From the NCBI GenBank assembly GCA_051294375.1, contig CM119264.1, positions 3,780,381-3,844,380 on the forward strand: a stretch of 64,000 nt of DNA, read 5' to 3'. Below are positions 27,290 through 39,600 of this stretch, in pieces (the first letter of the stretch is position 1; each line of letters opens with the position of its first letter). Source of the stretch: Paraspadella gotoi (lineage: Eukaryota; Animalia; Chaetognatha). The notes under the pieces are model-generated. The model ran no database searches. It was not told where the DNA came from and was given only the letters and a program-made list of their open reading frames with translations. The position numbers were made by a program, and so were the translations under genes.

Positions 27290-29881
27290 TCCCACCTGTC
27301 AAGACGTTGATTAGAAAAGTGAAGAGCAGATATTTAGATAGAAGCGGGACGGCGTCGGAAGTAGTCGGCAAAATGGCGGAAACCAATAAGAGGAAAACCA
27401 TGAGACCCAAAAGGATGGCCATTGTTAGACCGAGCTTCTCTCCTGAAGAGATTATCAAGTTAGATGGTAATGTTTTGTCTTTCAAATGACAATTATCAAT
27501 ACTCTTTGGAGTTGTCTAGTATATCGTCGGTAACATTTCAATGTTATACCTCAATTCTCTCTCCGAGAGCATGCCCAGACAAATGCAGGCAGTAGTCAAT
27601 GCCTTGGGACGGCATACCAAATATTGAATATATTTTACCAATGTTTTATATTTATCTTTAATGAATAAATACACTTTTCAACAATTACGTGATATACGTT
27701 TTCCTAGATAGTAGGTAGAATCCAATATACCTCTAGTTTCACAATTAAATTATTCTACTTTGCAATTAAAGTAATTAATTAATTAATTAAAGTAATACTG
27801 ACCTTCATCCGGCGGAAGGTAGAAGACGAAGAGAGAGAGAGAAGAGATGATGACGCAGGGAATCACCAAATTTATGGTGTAATATGTCGTTTTTCTTCGG
27901 ACGACGTAATACTGAGAGATATCCGTGTAGCCGGTGTCTGAAATAAGGAAACTCACGGAAAACATAAAAACAGACAATCACCGAAAAAGTGAAGGAAAGA
28001 AATAACGACGGTACAAACGAACGAACAAATGAAGGAACAAGCGAACGAATAAGATGGGTAGGAATGGAAGGAAACAACGAACGATTCCAAATGACCAAGA
28101 AAAGTTTAAACGAACAAAGGAGCAAAGGAACAAAGGAACAAAGGAACAAAGGAACAAAGGAACAAACTGACCTCTCGTGTTGACTCTGGCCGGAGCGGCG
28201 ATGAGATCCCACGATCCGCTCCTGACGTAAGCGGCGACGTCGGAGAAACAAAGTTCGTTACCATCGCAACCGAAAGAGGCGCCGTCGTACCAATACATCG
28301 AGACCTCAAAGTAATTGTAAATAGAGTCAATTGGGTCGATTAATGTTTAAAGATGCATTATATTACTTTAATACCGTTAGTGCCACCAAAGAAATTATGG
28401 CACAATCCCTTTTGAGTTTTAGTTTGCTGCAATGAAACTACCTATTCCATTCCGCTCACCTGCTTCGTGTTGTAAGTCCAACTGCCGAAGATCATTTCGC
28501 AGGTTTGTTCGTCGAAGGGAAAATAGAGGACATCGATGGTGCAAGAACTTTGGAAGATGGAGCAAGGGACCCAAAGCACGTAGCCAGTGTAAGAAACGAC
28601 GACCTGAGGTAGGGGAGAGAGAAAAAGAGAAAGAAAGCAAGCAAGTCAAAACACAAGCGCCGGTTTACTTTCCGAATCACCTGTTGAAAGAATCATCGAA
28701 TGACACCAACGACAGCGGATCACACAAGCCGATCAACGCTTCGTGAAACCGAGCCGATTGCAAATTCTACTCTCTCCTACGTGACGCTGGTCTTTCAACT
28801 TTAAGCACCTTGCAAGGAAAACTGATGTCGAAGTTTCCATCCGCGTTGTTGAGCAAGACGATTTCCGGATTCCAAACGTCTTCGGACGGAATTCGCAAGA
28901 CGTCGACGCCGCCGTAGTCGATCGGGTCCCATTGCAACTGGCGGTGGTTGGAAGAAGGGGGGAGGATGGGGGGGGGTAAAATTAACCTCTAATTCAGAGT
29001 GGAAAATGTAGCAGAAAAAAGTGATACGAGGTTGAGGCTCTCTCTCAATTAATCACGTCGATAAATGCAAAAAATATATATATATATATATACATCAGAT
29101 ACAAAACCGTACGAAGTAAGTCACGTTACGTCGTGACGATAAATAAAAAAAAAAATGGTTGACCAATGTTGGTATTATTTCAAACCAATTCGCTCAATAA
29201 TCAACTCTTTATTCATCGTGAATCGTTCATCATTGATCAAATCTTCAATCGTCATTCATTATTGACCTGAAAATCGATCCATTCGAAACGAAGCCAAACG
29301 TTGGTTTTCATCAACTGATCTCTCTCGCTCAAAGAAATGACCTGAAAATTATTATTTCTACGATAATTAGTTAATTGGATTCATTATTCCTTATACGTTA
29401 ATTCACTGATCATCTCGTAAATAAGAGACAACGGGCGCTGCAATATGATTTTGCAATTTCTAGCTGCTTCCGCTCTCATTTGTAGAGAAAAACATTTTTA
29501 GATGATTCGAATCTTCTCGTGAATAATAATTTTATATTAAATACCAAAAAAAAACTATGACTCTTTCTAAGACAGAGTTTAATTCATTGACTATTTACAA
29601 TATTTTTTTTCTAATTCTTTAACAACAACAACGACAACAGCAACGCCAAGACTCGCCTGCACCATCGCCTGTTGAAATCCAACGGCTATCGTGTCGTTGA
29701 TCTGCTTGGCCGGCCTGATCAGCTTGTTGTAGTTTTTGAACAGATCGTAGAACAGGCGTCGCTCGTGGTCGTTGGCGGTGCCGACGGACGTCTGCGCATG
29801 CGCGACCGGAAGCGTAACGCACGTAGCAAACAAGATGGCGACGGTGACGGCGACGGCCGACGGAAGCGGAGAGAGACGCAT
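10113..29881 (-). CDS. Nicotinic acetylcholine receptor, non-alpha cation-type subunit, about 13 exons
   Basis: Exons in order: signal peptide and [19 protein letters not shown] (29881-29657); [25 protein letters not shown] (~29340-29267); [17 protein letters not shown] (~28937-28810); Cys-loop [22 protein letters not shown] (~28603-28460); TM1 [10 protein letters not shown] (~27937-27803); TM2/3 [20 protein letters not shown] (~27442-27296); [10 protein letters not shown] (~25617-25538); intact TM4 exon [22 protein letters not shown] (10267-10113). Confidence 0.93.
12303..12483 (+). pseudogene. Duplicate SOCS-box exon (copy 2, indel-rich; likely redundant assembly)
   Basis: Near-identical to 6819-6997 with several 1-bp indels. 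Confidence 0.7.
13997..14633. repeat. 39-bp minisatellite, expanded array (~16 units)
   Basis: Same unit and same flanks as 8741-8910. Confidence 0.9.
15827..15987 (-). pseudogene. Duplicate nAChR TM4 terminal exon (frameshifted copy)
   Basis: Same acceptor (ttttaatattcag) and sequence as 10113-10267, with several single-base indels. Confidence 0.75.
16404..18798. mobile_element. 2.4-kb non-autonomous DNA transposon (hAT-like ends)
   Basis: It is absent from copy 1, whose empty site is caactagaagatatc at ~10672. It is flanked by the direct repeat ctagaag / ctagaaag, has TAG...CTA termini and imperfect subterminal inverted repeats (aaaaaacgttcacac vs gtgtgcaaacgtttttt; gagagatcccg vs cgggatctct). 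No ORF is present. Confidence 0.8.
19930..25051 (+). CDS. Carbohydrate sulfotransferase (Sulfotransfer_2, CHST8-14/HNK-1ST family); partial, start uncertain, middle exons missing
   Basis: A 5'-PSB-like [15 protein letters not shown] lies at ~20380-20430 (frameshifts nearby). The 3'-PB motif [15 protein letters not shown] lies at ~22297-22342. The terminal exon is [12 protein letters not shown]...[11 protein letters not shown] (24818-25051), followed by AATAAA at ~25229. Confidence 0.85.
25640..25953. repeat. (ATC)n microsatellite filling an nAChR intron
   Basis: Long degenerate catcatcat tract between exons. Confidence 0.9.
27555..27711 (+). mobile_element. Tc1/mariner 3' remnant in an nAChR intron
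   Basis: It encodes [20 protein letters not shown] and ends in tttcctagatag followed by TA. Same family as 46659-47250. Confidence 0.8.
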
Positions 29882-31821
29882 TCTCGTGGGAGAAGAGGGC
29901 GCGACGTAAGGAGAATTTTTATTTGAGATTCTGGACTTATTTAATTGTTAATTTGTTTTATTAATTATTTATAATTCAAATGCATTGTCGAAATCACGGT
30001 TCAGTTTTCAAACATTATTCGAGTTTTGAGACAAAATTGATTTTTCTCGACACAAAAAATATGAAACGTTTTCACCTACATAAATATAAATTGTTGGGTG
30101 CAAAGAAAAAAAACTGTTTTCTTTTGTTTCTTTTGTTTCGTCGTTTTGAAAAAAAAAATTTTCGACTGAAGTTCGAACGTGAAAAATGCGGATGACTTCG
30201 ACGATGAAGGCGACGATTATCATGACTTTGACGACGATAGCGATGACGACGACGATGACGATAATCAAGATTTTTATTCGCCTACATTCTTTTGAAGTTT
30301 TTTTTAAAGGTTAAATCAATTTCACAATAATCTTTGATAATCTTTTTTTACCCTCAGACCGGTAGCCGTTTTTTCTCTCCGGAAGAACAAAATTCATAAG
30401 CGCAGTTTATGAATGAATTCAAATAAATTCAAATAATGTCCCGATTTATGAACGAAAAGCAATTCCGAAAGGGTTATAATGAAGACGGGACGTTTGTTTT
30501 GATTTTTTTATTCTGTTGTTCCGTTGCCCCCCTTTTTTTGGCTTCACCCTCTCCCTTTTACCCTCTCCCAAACGCCCTAACTTATCCTCCCTGCCTCTCG
30601 CCTCCCTCACCCGGCCTCCTCCCCCTGCCCGACCGCCGCCCGTGCATCTCCCATCCCGACAACCGAATTCGTGCGATCTCGCCCCGTTTAATCATCGTAA
30701 TTCGAGCCCCCGTTTTTTTTTTCCTCTGGGGATTCAAAGAATCGGGGATTTTAAGGATGGATGATTGGGATTGGGGATCGCTGCAAAAGGGATAGAGGAT
30801 CAGGGATAGAGCACTGGGGATAAAGGAACGCGGAATAGGGATTACCGATTAGATAGGGGATTTTAAGGATCCACACAGGGAGGGCGCTCGGAACACGTCC
30901 TGAAGATCGTCATGAAAAGAACAATGATCATCAGAGATATTTTAGATTTTTTAAACGAAAAAATAATAATTTCAAAAAAAATGTTAAAGATCGAAAAAAA
31001 AAGAACAAGGGCCGGATAGAGCGAAGCCGGGACCGAGAAGAGGGAAGTCGATCCAAAACAATATTTTTTATCCATCGTTTTTGTAACTAGTATCTTTTTT
31101 CTTTTCGAAATATTATGACACTTTATGACGGTTGATTCTCGCCAGGCTTCGCCGACAAGGAGAAATGATTTTTTTTGTTTTGTAAGAAAAGTGGCAGGTA
31201 GATTTATTAAAGGTAGATTAGATTAAAACTTGGATGTAGCATTTTCTTTAACCCAATGAATTTTCATCTTTCCAACAAGTTATTCATTTAGCTACAAAAC
31301 TTTCGGAATTCTGAGTTTTATACGCCATTCAGTTTATGTACAAATAAACAATTCATAATTTATGCTATTAGATCTCAACTTGTACTCAACTAATACAATA
31401 CCCAACGAAATCAAAATGTTTTTTTTTTCGGGTTAATTAATGACCAACTTCACATTCATAATTCTCGGCTAATCAAAGATCAGGCGCAATTTTTATTTTT
31501 TATTTTTTGCGCTCGTTATTTTTTTTTTCTTCCGAAATGGCATCTTCTTCACTGGTGGTCAGATTTTCCAAGAACCCAAAAATCTATAGAGATCGCCGTC
31601 AGCGCCGACATTTAATCGGCCGCCGCATTTCAAATCTCGCGCTGCGGTTTCGACTAAATTCGTTTTCCTCATCGGAAATGACCGAGGAAGATCAAAATAC
31701 AAAACAAGACTTAGAAGAATTTTCATTTTTCAAAAAATCCAGAGAGTGAGAGAAACCTTCTTGTCATCTTTGAGACAAATTTAACGTTCACAAGCTTTCA
31801 CCGAACGGTCTAAACTGAGCG

Positions 31822-34800
31822 ATGCTGAAATGGAGCGTCTCTCACCGAAAACCGATCGGATCCCCGGCGACGTGCGATCTTCGCGGAACCGAAAATTCTT
31901 TGGAAGTCGGTGACGAAGGACTTGAGATCAAACCCCATTCCGATCGTTCGGCACACCTCGACGCTCAACTCGAAACTCTAACCGGACCCCCAAAGCAAGA
32001 CCGTCTTCGCGTTCCGACGGAGAACTTGGACCGGAGCGAGATGTCGCCTCCCCGACGTCCGTTGCAGGTCCCTTGTCTGACTCTGACCACCGCAGACTCG
32101 GGGATCGTTTCCGATCTCGTTTGGGAAGATGACGACTACGAAGACGACGACCGGCTGCGGATGAGATCGATGAGAGAGTTGGGATCCTTCGTAGAGGACG
32201 TGGAGGAAGAAGAAGAGGACGACGACGTTTTTGAAGACGACGGCGAAGTTTCTTTCACGTGGTTTCCGAAGAAAGGAGACGAACCAATCGGGAGTAGCAA
32301 AAACAACGACAACGACGAGCTCTTCGAAGATCCCTTCGCCGATAAATATCCCGAGCCGGACTCTTCGATCCACGCCTCCACCCGACCTCCGATAGGCGGC
32401 GCTTTTCGGTGGATAAATGACTCGATCCTCTACAACGGTCAAGTGATCAACTTGAGCGACTGCGATTTGATTCATGGCGACAGATGGCGCGACAGGGCCG
32501 ATCTAGAGTCGGGAACGAGAAGAGGATCCTCCAGAGATATCGCCAGAGAAAGGAGCCAGCCCGTCGCCTTCGTAGAGTCCGTCTCGGGTCCGGCGGACGG
32601 CAGAGCCAATTGGCCTTGGAGGCCGAAGCCGCGTCGACCTTTCGTGGACGATCGGTTGCCGATGCCAAAGTTGGGGGATACGCGGTCGCGGGAGAGTCGT
32701 GGAGAAGATGCGGAGAGGTTCGTTCGATGAAGAGATCAACTTATTATATTTTAAATACAAATGTTAACTTAAATTCGTATTTCAGAACAAAAGGGCGTTC
32801 ATTTTCTTAACTTCAGCAAAGAACCGCAAGCATAACGATATTAACGATAAAAGTTTATGTCTCAACTCGTTTCATTTATCAGGACACTCGAAGCCAACTA
32901 TCCTCCCGAGGACAAACCTCACTTCGGTAAGCGGCAGATCAGAGCCTCGAACGAAAGACTCCGGCGGAGGCGTATCTCCTCCGCCTGTTCCTCGAGAAGC
33001 TGCTCTTGCTCATCCTTCGTCTCCTCGATCGATTCCAGGCTGCGATTGGCTGACGACCACTTTGACGAAGATGACGAGTTCGTGCTGGACTCTCTTCTGC
33101 TGACGGCGGGACACGTCGCGCGAGCAGAGGACGGAGTCGGATCGACGGCGGAGTTGGGGGAAAGATTCGGAGACCCGGGGAAGTCGAGGGGATCGTCGAA
33201 GGGCAAAATAGGCCACCGTCGTGTCCCGACTCCGCCGCCGTGGATGTCATCCGTATCCAAACGTCATCTGAGGTTTTATCATTTGGTCGCCAGCGTCGAG
33301 AGCGAAGAGACGGATGATGCGGAGTCCCTCGGACACGCCCACGTCGCTAGCGTCGATTCAACGAAAGACGGCCGCGGAGAGATTCTACATTTGCTGAAAG
33401 ATGTCAAAAGGGGGACAATCGATAGAGTAGAGGAAACATGTTGTATATCCGAGTCAAGTGACGATTCGCCGGTGGAAACAATGGGCCAATCGAGTCAAGA
33501 TTTCAAGAAGCCAAGCCAGGTCAAGCTATCGCCTTTCCTTTGCCTTTCTCACAAGGCGAAGGCTCTCGAAAGAAGGGGCGAGCGAGAAGCCGATAGCGTC
33601 TCCAGCGACGAGGAGATGAGTGGACTAAGCAATCAAGCTACCAATCAGCTTCCTTTGGTCGAAGTAGATCTCGAGAATCCCTTCAAATTGCTTTCCTTAG
33701 ATTCGATTAGATTCAATAAAGACAAGCTTGCATCCCTTCAACGTGATCGCTCCCCAAGCTTCGCGGGTTTCAATCAACACAGACATCCTGACTTTAACGT
33801 TTTCGTAAAACAAACTCTGCCTAAATTGCACGATTTGATTATTGTCTTTATAAATAACTGGCTGAATAATTGAAATATTTTTTTTTGTATTTATTTTTTA
33901 AAGAATCGCTAAGTTCCAATTAAGATGACGACCCCCAAAATCGTTCCCGTCGAAGGAGACGTCATCCTTCAATCTCCGTGGCCTTGGGTCACGCGCCCTT
34001 GTTCCTGTCTCCATGGCAACAACGACTTGAATTTCGGAGACTTTGCCAAGGAATCGTCGGTGACGTCTCACGAATGTTCCGAAGACGAATGCGAAAACGA
34101 GCAGACGAAATTCTTGCGTCGAGATTCCATCATCGACGAAGACGATTGCCCCGTTCACGGAAAAATAGTAGATCACGTGACTCCCACGGGAACTCCGCTT
34201 CCGCCCCCGCCCGTCGAATTCCAGACACGGCCGCGAACCGACGATAGATCTCATCTCCCATGCCGCGGATTCAGCTTCAGATGCGAGACGGCCCCGCAGA
34301 GCAGCCGGACGCCCTCGCCGCCGAATTTCGACTGCCTCGGGCGCTTGACGAAAAAGACGGGAAGAGAAAGTCGGGAAGAAGAGACGAAGGAGAGGAAATT
34401 TCCCGTAAACCTGAATGTGATTCGATCGATCTCGAATTCCATCAAGACGGACGAAGGACCAACCGTTCCGGAAATAGCGATGAGAGATTCGTATTATTTG
34501 TTGGCCAAGTTGGCGTTGCGAGTCAATTGCGACGGGAACGAGCAAAGTTTAACAAAAGAGCAATCCGCGGAAGGAAGAGAAGAAGAGAATGATGGGGCGG
34601 TGAGAGAAGAGGATGGAAACCCTTTCTTGTCAAATATCGACGATGAAAAGAACGAAGATTTGACCTTTGATGAAGACGACGATACGGAAGTTAAAGAGTT
34701 GTTGACTGATCTCGATGAAGTTAGTCTCGGCGAGAGCGAAAATTTCACAGCTCCTGCAAGCGCGGCACTCGAGAACGAAAAGGAGCGAAGGAGCGAAGAA

Positions 34801-34998
34801 AGAGACTCGGAACCTTTCACCAGAAAACTGACCATAACTAATTCTGGACGTGGGTCAACTTCGGAAACTCGGGGAAACGTGAAGCGATTGATGTTGCGTA
34901 ATACCGTCTCCAAAATCCGACCGAATCGCGCGTACGAATTGAGGAAGTCAAATCAAAACGCGAAGGAAGAGAATCCAGGGAAATACAAGAAAATTTGA
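31822..34998 (+). CDS. Hypothetical acidic, serine-rich disordered protein, probably 3 exons (~980 aa)
   Basis: Three long GC-rich ORFs (302, 338 and 357 aa) can be joined in phase by GT-AG introns 32718-32882 (phase 2) and 33805-33924 (phase 0). No domain was recognised. Confidence 0.65.
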
Positions 34999-35113
34999 CG
35001 CCACCCTCTTCGCATTAAAAATTAATATTGTACTTATGCTTATGAGCTGTAATCTGTTCAAATAACACACGTGATGCAACAATATAAATATAATAGAAAA
35101 TAAAACAAGTGAC

Positions 35114-36627
35114 TCAACGTCCCTCTTCCGCTATCGTGATAGCAGGATTAACCATCGGCGTCGCTTTGACGTTTTGCGCTTTTGTTATTCGTTCCTGAAC
35201 AAAAACAAGAAAAGTAAATATAAGTAAGAAAAGATTAAACGTAATGGCGTTGTATTAACAGACTACCTCGTGTCTCTTGATCTCTTTGATCTTCATGTGA
35301 TGCAATTCGGTCTGAGACAAGAGTCTCACTCCCTCTGTCGTCAGCAATTTGCTGTGTCGCGTCCGCAGATGTCGTTTGAAAGTGTTTCTCGTTTTGAATG
35401 TCGAACCGCAATCGTCGCAACTGAACGGAGTTTCTCCGGTGTGTCGTCGCAGATGTTCCTTAAATANNNNNNNNNNNNNNNNNNNNNNNNNAATAATGAA
35501 AAAAATAACTAATGTAATAATAAACAAAGATTTATTACAAAATTGAATACTTTGTAATGTTGCGGGTGACGGAATTGCCTCCCGCAAATGTCGCACGAGA
35601 ACCGACTCTGTCCGTTGTGAATCAACATGTGATAATTGAGAGAATGCTGCCTCGTAAACGACGTGTTGCAGATTTGACAGATGAACGCTTTAATTCCTGC
35701 GTGCGACCTGATGTGTATCAAAATTTTTAAATTAAGTTATTTCTCAAACTTTTAGTAAATTCGGGAATAACCTGTAATGATACAAGAGCGTAGCGGCGGC
35801 CGTGAAGACTTTTCCGTCGTTGCAAATTCTGCAAGTGAGAACGTAGTTGTCTTTCTTCTTCCTTCCCCTCAAGTAGCGAATGTGTTTCAAGGCGGTTCTC
35901 TTTACCCACTCTTCATCCTTCACCTCTTCGTTGTAGCTGGCATTGGCTGGAACAATATAATACTGATTGAGCTAATGTAAAAACCACGGCACCCAATATA
36001 ATTGCCCTTCGTGTACCGAGCAAAAGTCGTTGGTCTTCCTCGATTTTTCTCGCCTCTTCCGCAGTCGTCGGCTCCCACTCTTCACGGATGTGAAGTTTCA
36101 CGGTTCCGAATTTTGATCGGGGCATCGGGGGATACTCGCGACGACCTGGAGAAAGGGAAACACTTACTTTGGCATACTAGTATTACATGTACTCATTCTC
36201 ATTTTTTATCCTCTAATCCCTATTTCCAATCCCGACGTCAAATTAGACGGTTATTAATAATTTAATTGAGTGTGCTTACGGTTCTGGTTGTATGAATATG
36301 AAGAAACTTCAGACGGCTTGTTTATTGCTGTTAAAATTGGGGCGTTTTCCTCCACGATGTAACTTTTAACTTTTTGTTCGGCACTGTAAGAAAATACGAA
36401 ATTTACTGATTCTTCCATTCAAAATTTCCCACTATCATTTATGATAAACGATTAAACAAAAAGAAATTGAACAAAAAATTATTATAAAGACTTTATTAAA
36501 GTAAATTTTAGCTCAAGCGATCAATGTAAAAATATGAAAACAAATACAGAAATAAAAAAGACATTCAACTTTTCTCTGAACTACGAGCAACTCACCAACA
36601 AAAAAGAAAGCATTTTTTTCTTCTAAA

Positions 36628-36662
<35 letters not shown>

Positions 36663-39600
36663 CAACAATACTACGATCAACAGATGAATTTTTTGACTAA
36701 GGTACGACAGCTTACCTTTCGACTTCGATAACAATTTGTCCGTCAATAATCGGCAAATAAATAACTTTTCCAGTATCTTCTTCGACGGCTTGAATGAAAT
36801 GAGAAGCGACATTTTGAGTCTAAAATGGAAATATAAATCAACTTTGGCGTTTTAATTTTAGAAAAACCATTATAAAAAGGGCTAAACTTGCCTGTTCAGC
36901 TTCGGTTTCAGTTTCAAGTCTGCTTGGCCTAAAATAAATTTAAATTAAATTGCATTATCATATATTACATGATGTGACGTATGGAGTATCCCACTTACCC
37001 ATCAGGAATGGGAGGATTGGAATAAAAGTAGGCGTGGTCGTGATCGAACCTCGAGACGTCGTCCTCCACATCCTGGTTGATGACAGGTTTTAGATCGCGG
37101 TTCGAAATTTGTTGCTGTATAAAAAATGTTAAAAAGATTTTTCACAAAACTTTGTTTGTATAACTGTAGTAAAAGATGCAAAAGATTTTACCTCCGGCGT
37201 GGCTCGATGCGAGACGGTCTCCGTCTCCACTTCGACCACAAACTCGGGCGCGTCCATTCCTTCAATCACTTCCTCCAAAATCAAAGGCGACGCCGACAGC
37301 GGGGGATTCTCTAGTTTGGGTTCGAAGGCGGGAGAAATGGTTGGCGTCGCGGTCAACGCCGCTATCATTTGACGTTTTTCATGTTGGACGGGGGTGGAGA
37401 GAATTTTCCCTCCGGGGTTCGGGGTGGGAACCAGGAAAAAACTTGGCGAATCCGGCTAAAGTGAAAGACCAAAGGCAAAGACATTAATTATATAATATAT
37501 ATTCAGCAAAAGTCGTTGGTCTTCCTCGATTTTTCTCGCCTCTTCCGCAGTCGTCGGCTCCCACTCTTCACGGATGTGAAGTTTCACGGTTCCGAATTTT
37601 GATCGGGGCATCGGGGGATACTCGCGACGACCTGGAGAAAGGGAAACACTTACTTTGGCATACTAGTATTACATGTACTCATTCTCATTTTTTATCCTCT
37701 ATTCCCTATTTCCAATCCCGACGTCAAATTAGACGGTTCTTAATAATTTAATTGAGTGTGCTTACGGTTCTGGTTGTATGAATATGAAGAAACTTCAGAC
37801 GGCTTGTTTATTGCTGTTAAAATTGGGGCGTTTTCCTCCACGATGTAACTTTTNNNNNNNNNNAAACCACGGCACCCAATTATAATTGCCCTTCGTGTAC
37901 CAAGCAAAAGTCGTTGGTCTTCCTCGATTTTTCTCGCCTCTTCCGCAGTCGTCGGCTCCCACTCTTCACGGATGTGAAGTTTCACGGTTCCGAATTTTGA
38001 TCGGGGCATCGGGGGATACTCGCGACGACCTGGAGAAAGGGAAACACTTACTTTGGCATACTAGTATTACATGTACTCATTCTCATTTTTTATCCTCTAT
38101 TCCCTATTTCCAATCCCGACGTCAAATTAGACGGTTCTTAATAATTTAATTGAGTGTGCTTACGGTTCTGGTTGTATGAATATGAAGAAACTTCAGACGG
38201 CTTGTTTATTGCTGTTAAAATTGGGGCGTTTTCCTCCACGATGTAACTTTTAACTTTTTGTTCGGCACTGTAAGAAGATACAAAATTTACTGATTTTTCT
38301 AATCAAAATTTCCCACTATCATTTATGATAAACGATAAAACAAAACAAAAATTGAACAAAAAATTATTATAAAGTAAATTTTAGCTCAAGCGATCAATGT
38401 GAAAATATGAAAACAAATACAGAAATAAAAAATACATTTAACTTTTCTCTGAACTACGAGCAACTCACCAACAAAAAAGAAAGCATTTCTTTCTTCTAAA
38501 AGCAAAAAAAAAAAAAAAAAGCAACAATACTACGATCAACAGATGATTTTTTTGACCAAGGTACGACAGCTTACCTTTCGACTTCGATAACAATTTGTCC
38601 GTCAATAATCGGCAAATAAATAACTTTTCCAGTATCTTCTTCGACGGCTTGAATGAAATGAGAAGCGACATTTTGAGTCTAAAATGGAAATATAAATCAA
38701 CTTTGGCGTTTTAATTTTAGAAAAACCATTATAAAAAGGGCTAAACTTGCCTGTTCTGCTTCGGTTTCAGTTTCAAGTCTGCTTGGCCTAAAATAAATTT
38801 AAATTAAATTGCATTATCATATATTACATGATGTGACGTATGAGAGTATCCCACTTACCCATCAGGAATGGGAGGATTGGAATAAAAGTAGGCGTGGTCG
38901 TGATCGAACCTCGAGACGTCGTCCTCCACATCCTGGTTGATGACAGGTTTTAGATCGCGGTTCGAAATTTGTTGCTGCATAAATAAATGTTAAAAAGATT
39001 GTTTCACAAAACTTTGTTTGTATAATTGTAGTAAAAGATGCAGATTTTACCTCCGGCGTGGCTCGATGCGAGACGGTCTCCGTCTCCACTTCGACCACAA
39101 ACTCGGGCGCGTCCATTCCTTCAATCACTTCCTCCAAAATCAAAGGCGACGCCGACAGCGGGGGATTCTCTAGTTTGGGTTCGAAGGCGGGAGAAATGGT
39201 TGGCGTCGCGGTCAACGCCGCTATCATTTGACGTTTTTCATGTTGGACGGGGGTGGAGAGAATTTTCCCTCCGGGGTTCGGGGTGGGAACCAGGAAAAAA
39301 CTTGGCGAATCCGGCTAAAGTGAAAGACCAAAGGCAAAGACATTAATTATATAATATATATTCAGTAAGGCGGAACAAGGTAAAAAGGTTCTGTAATATA
39401 AGAGCATCCTTGTAAGATAACGAAATTTAAAAAAAATTAAGATAGTATACTATAACGTATAAGCATTTAAAGTTTATCGTATTACTATAAATCAAATTTT
39501 TTTTTAAATTAAAATTTTTTAAAAACGGATTCGGGTAGAGCATAAAAAAAATAACACTTATCATCAAAATATTAAAAAATGCATTACACATTTTAAACAA

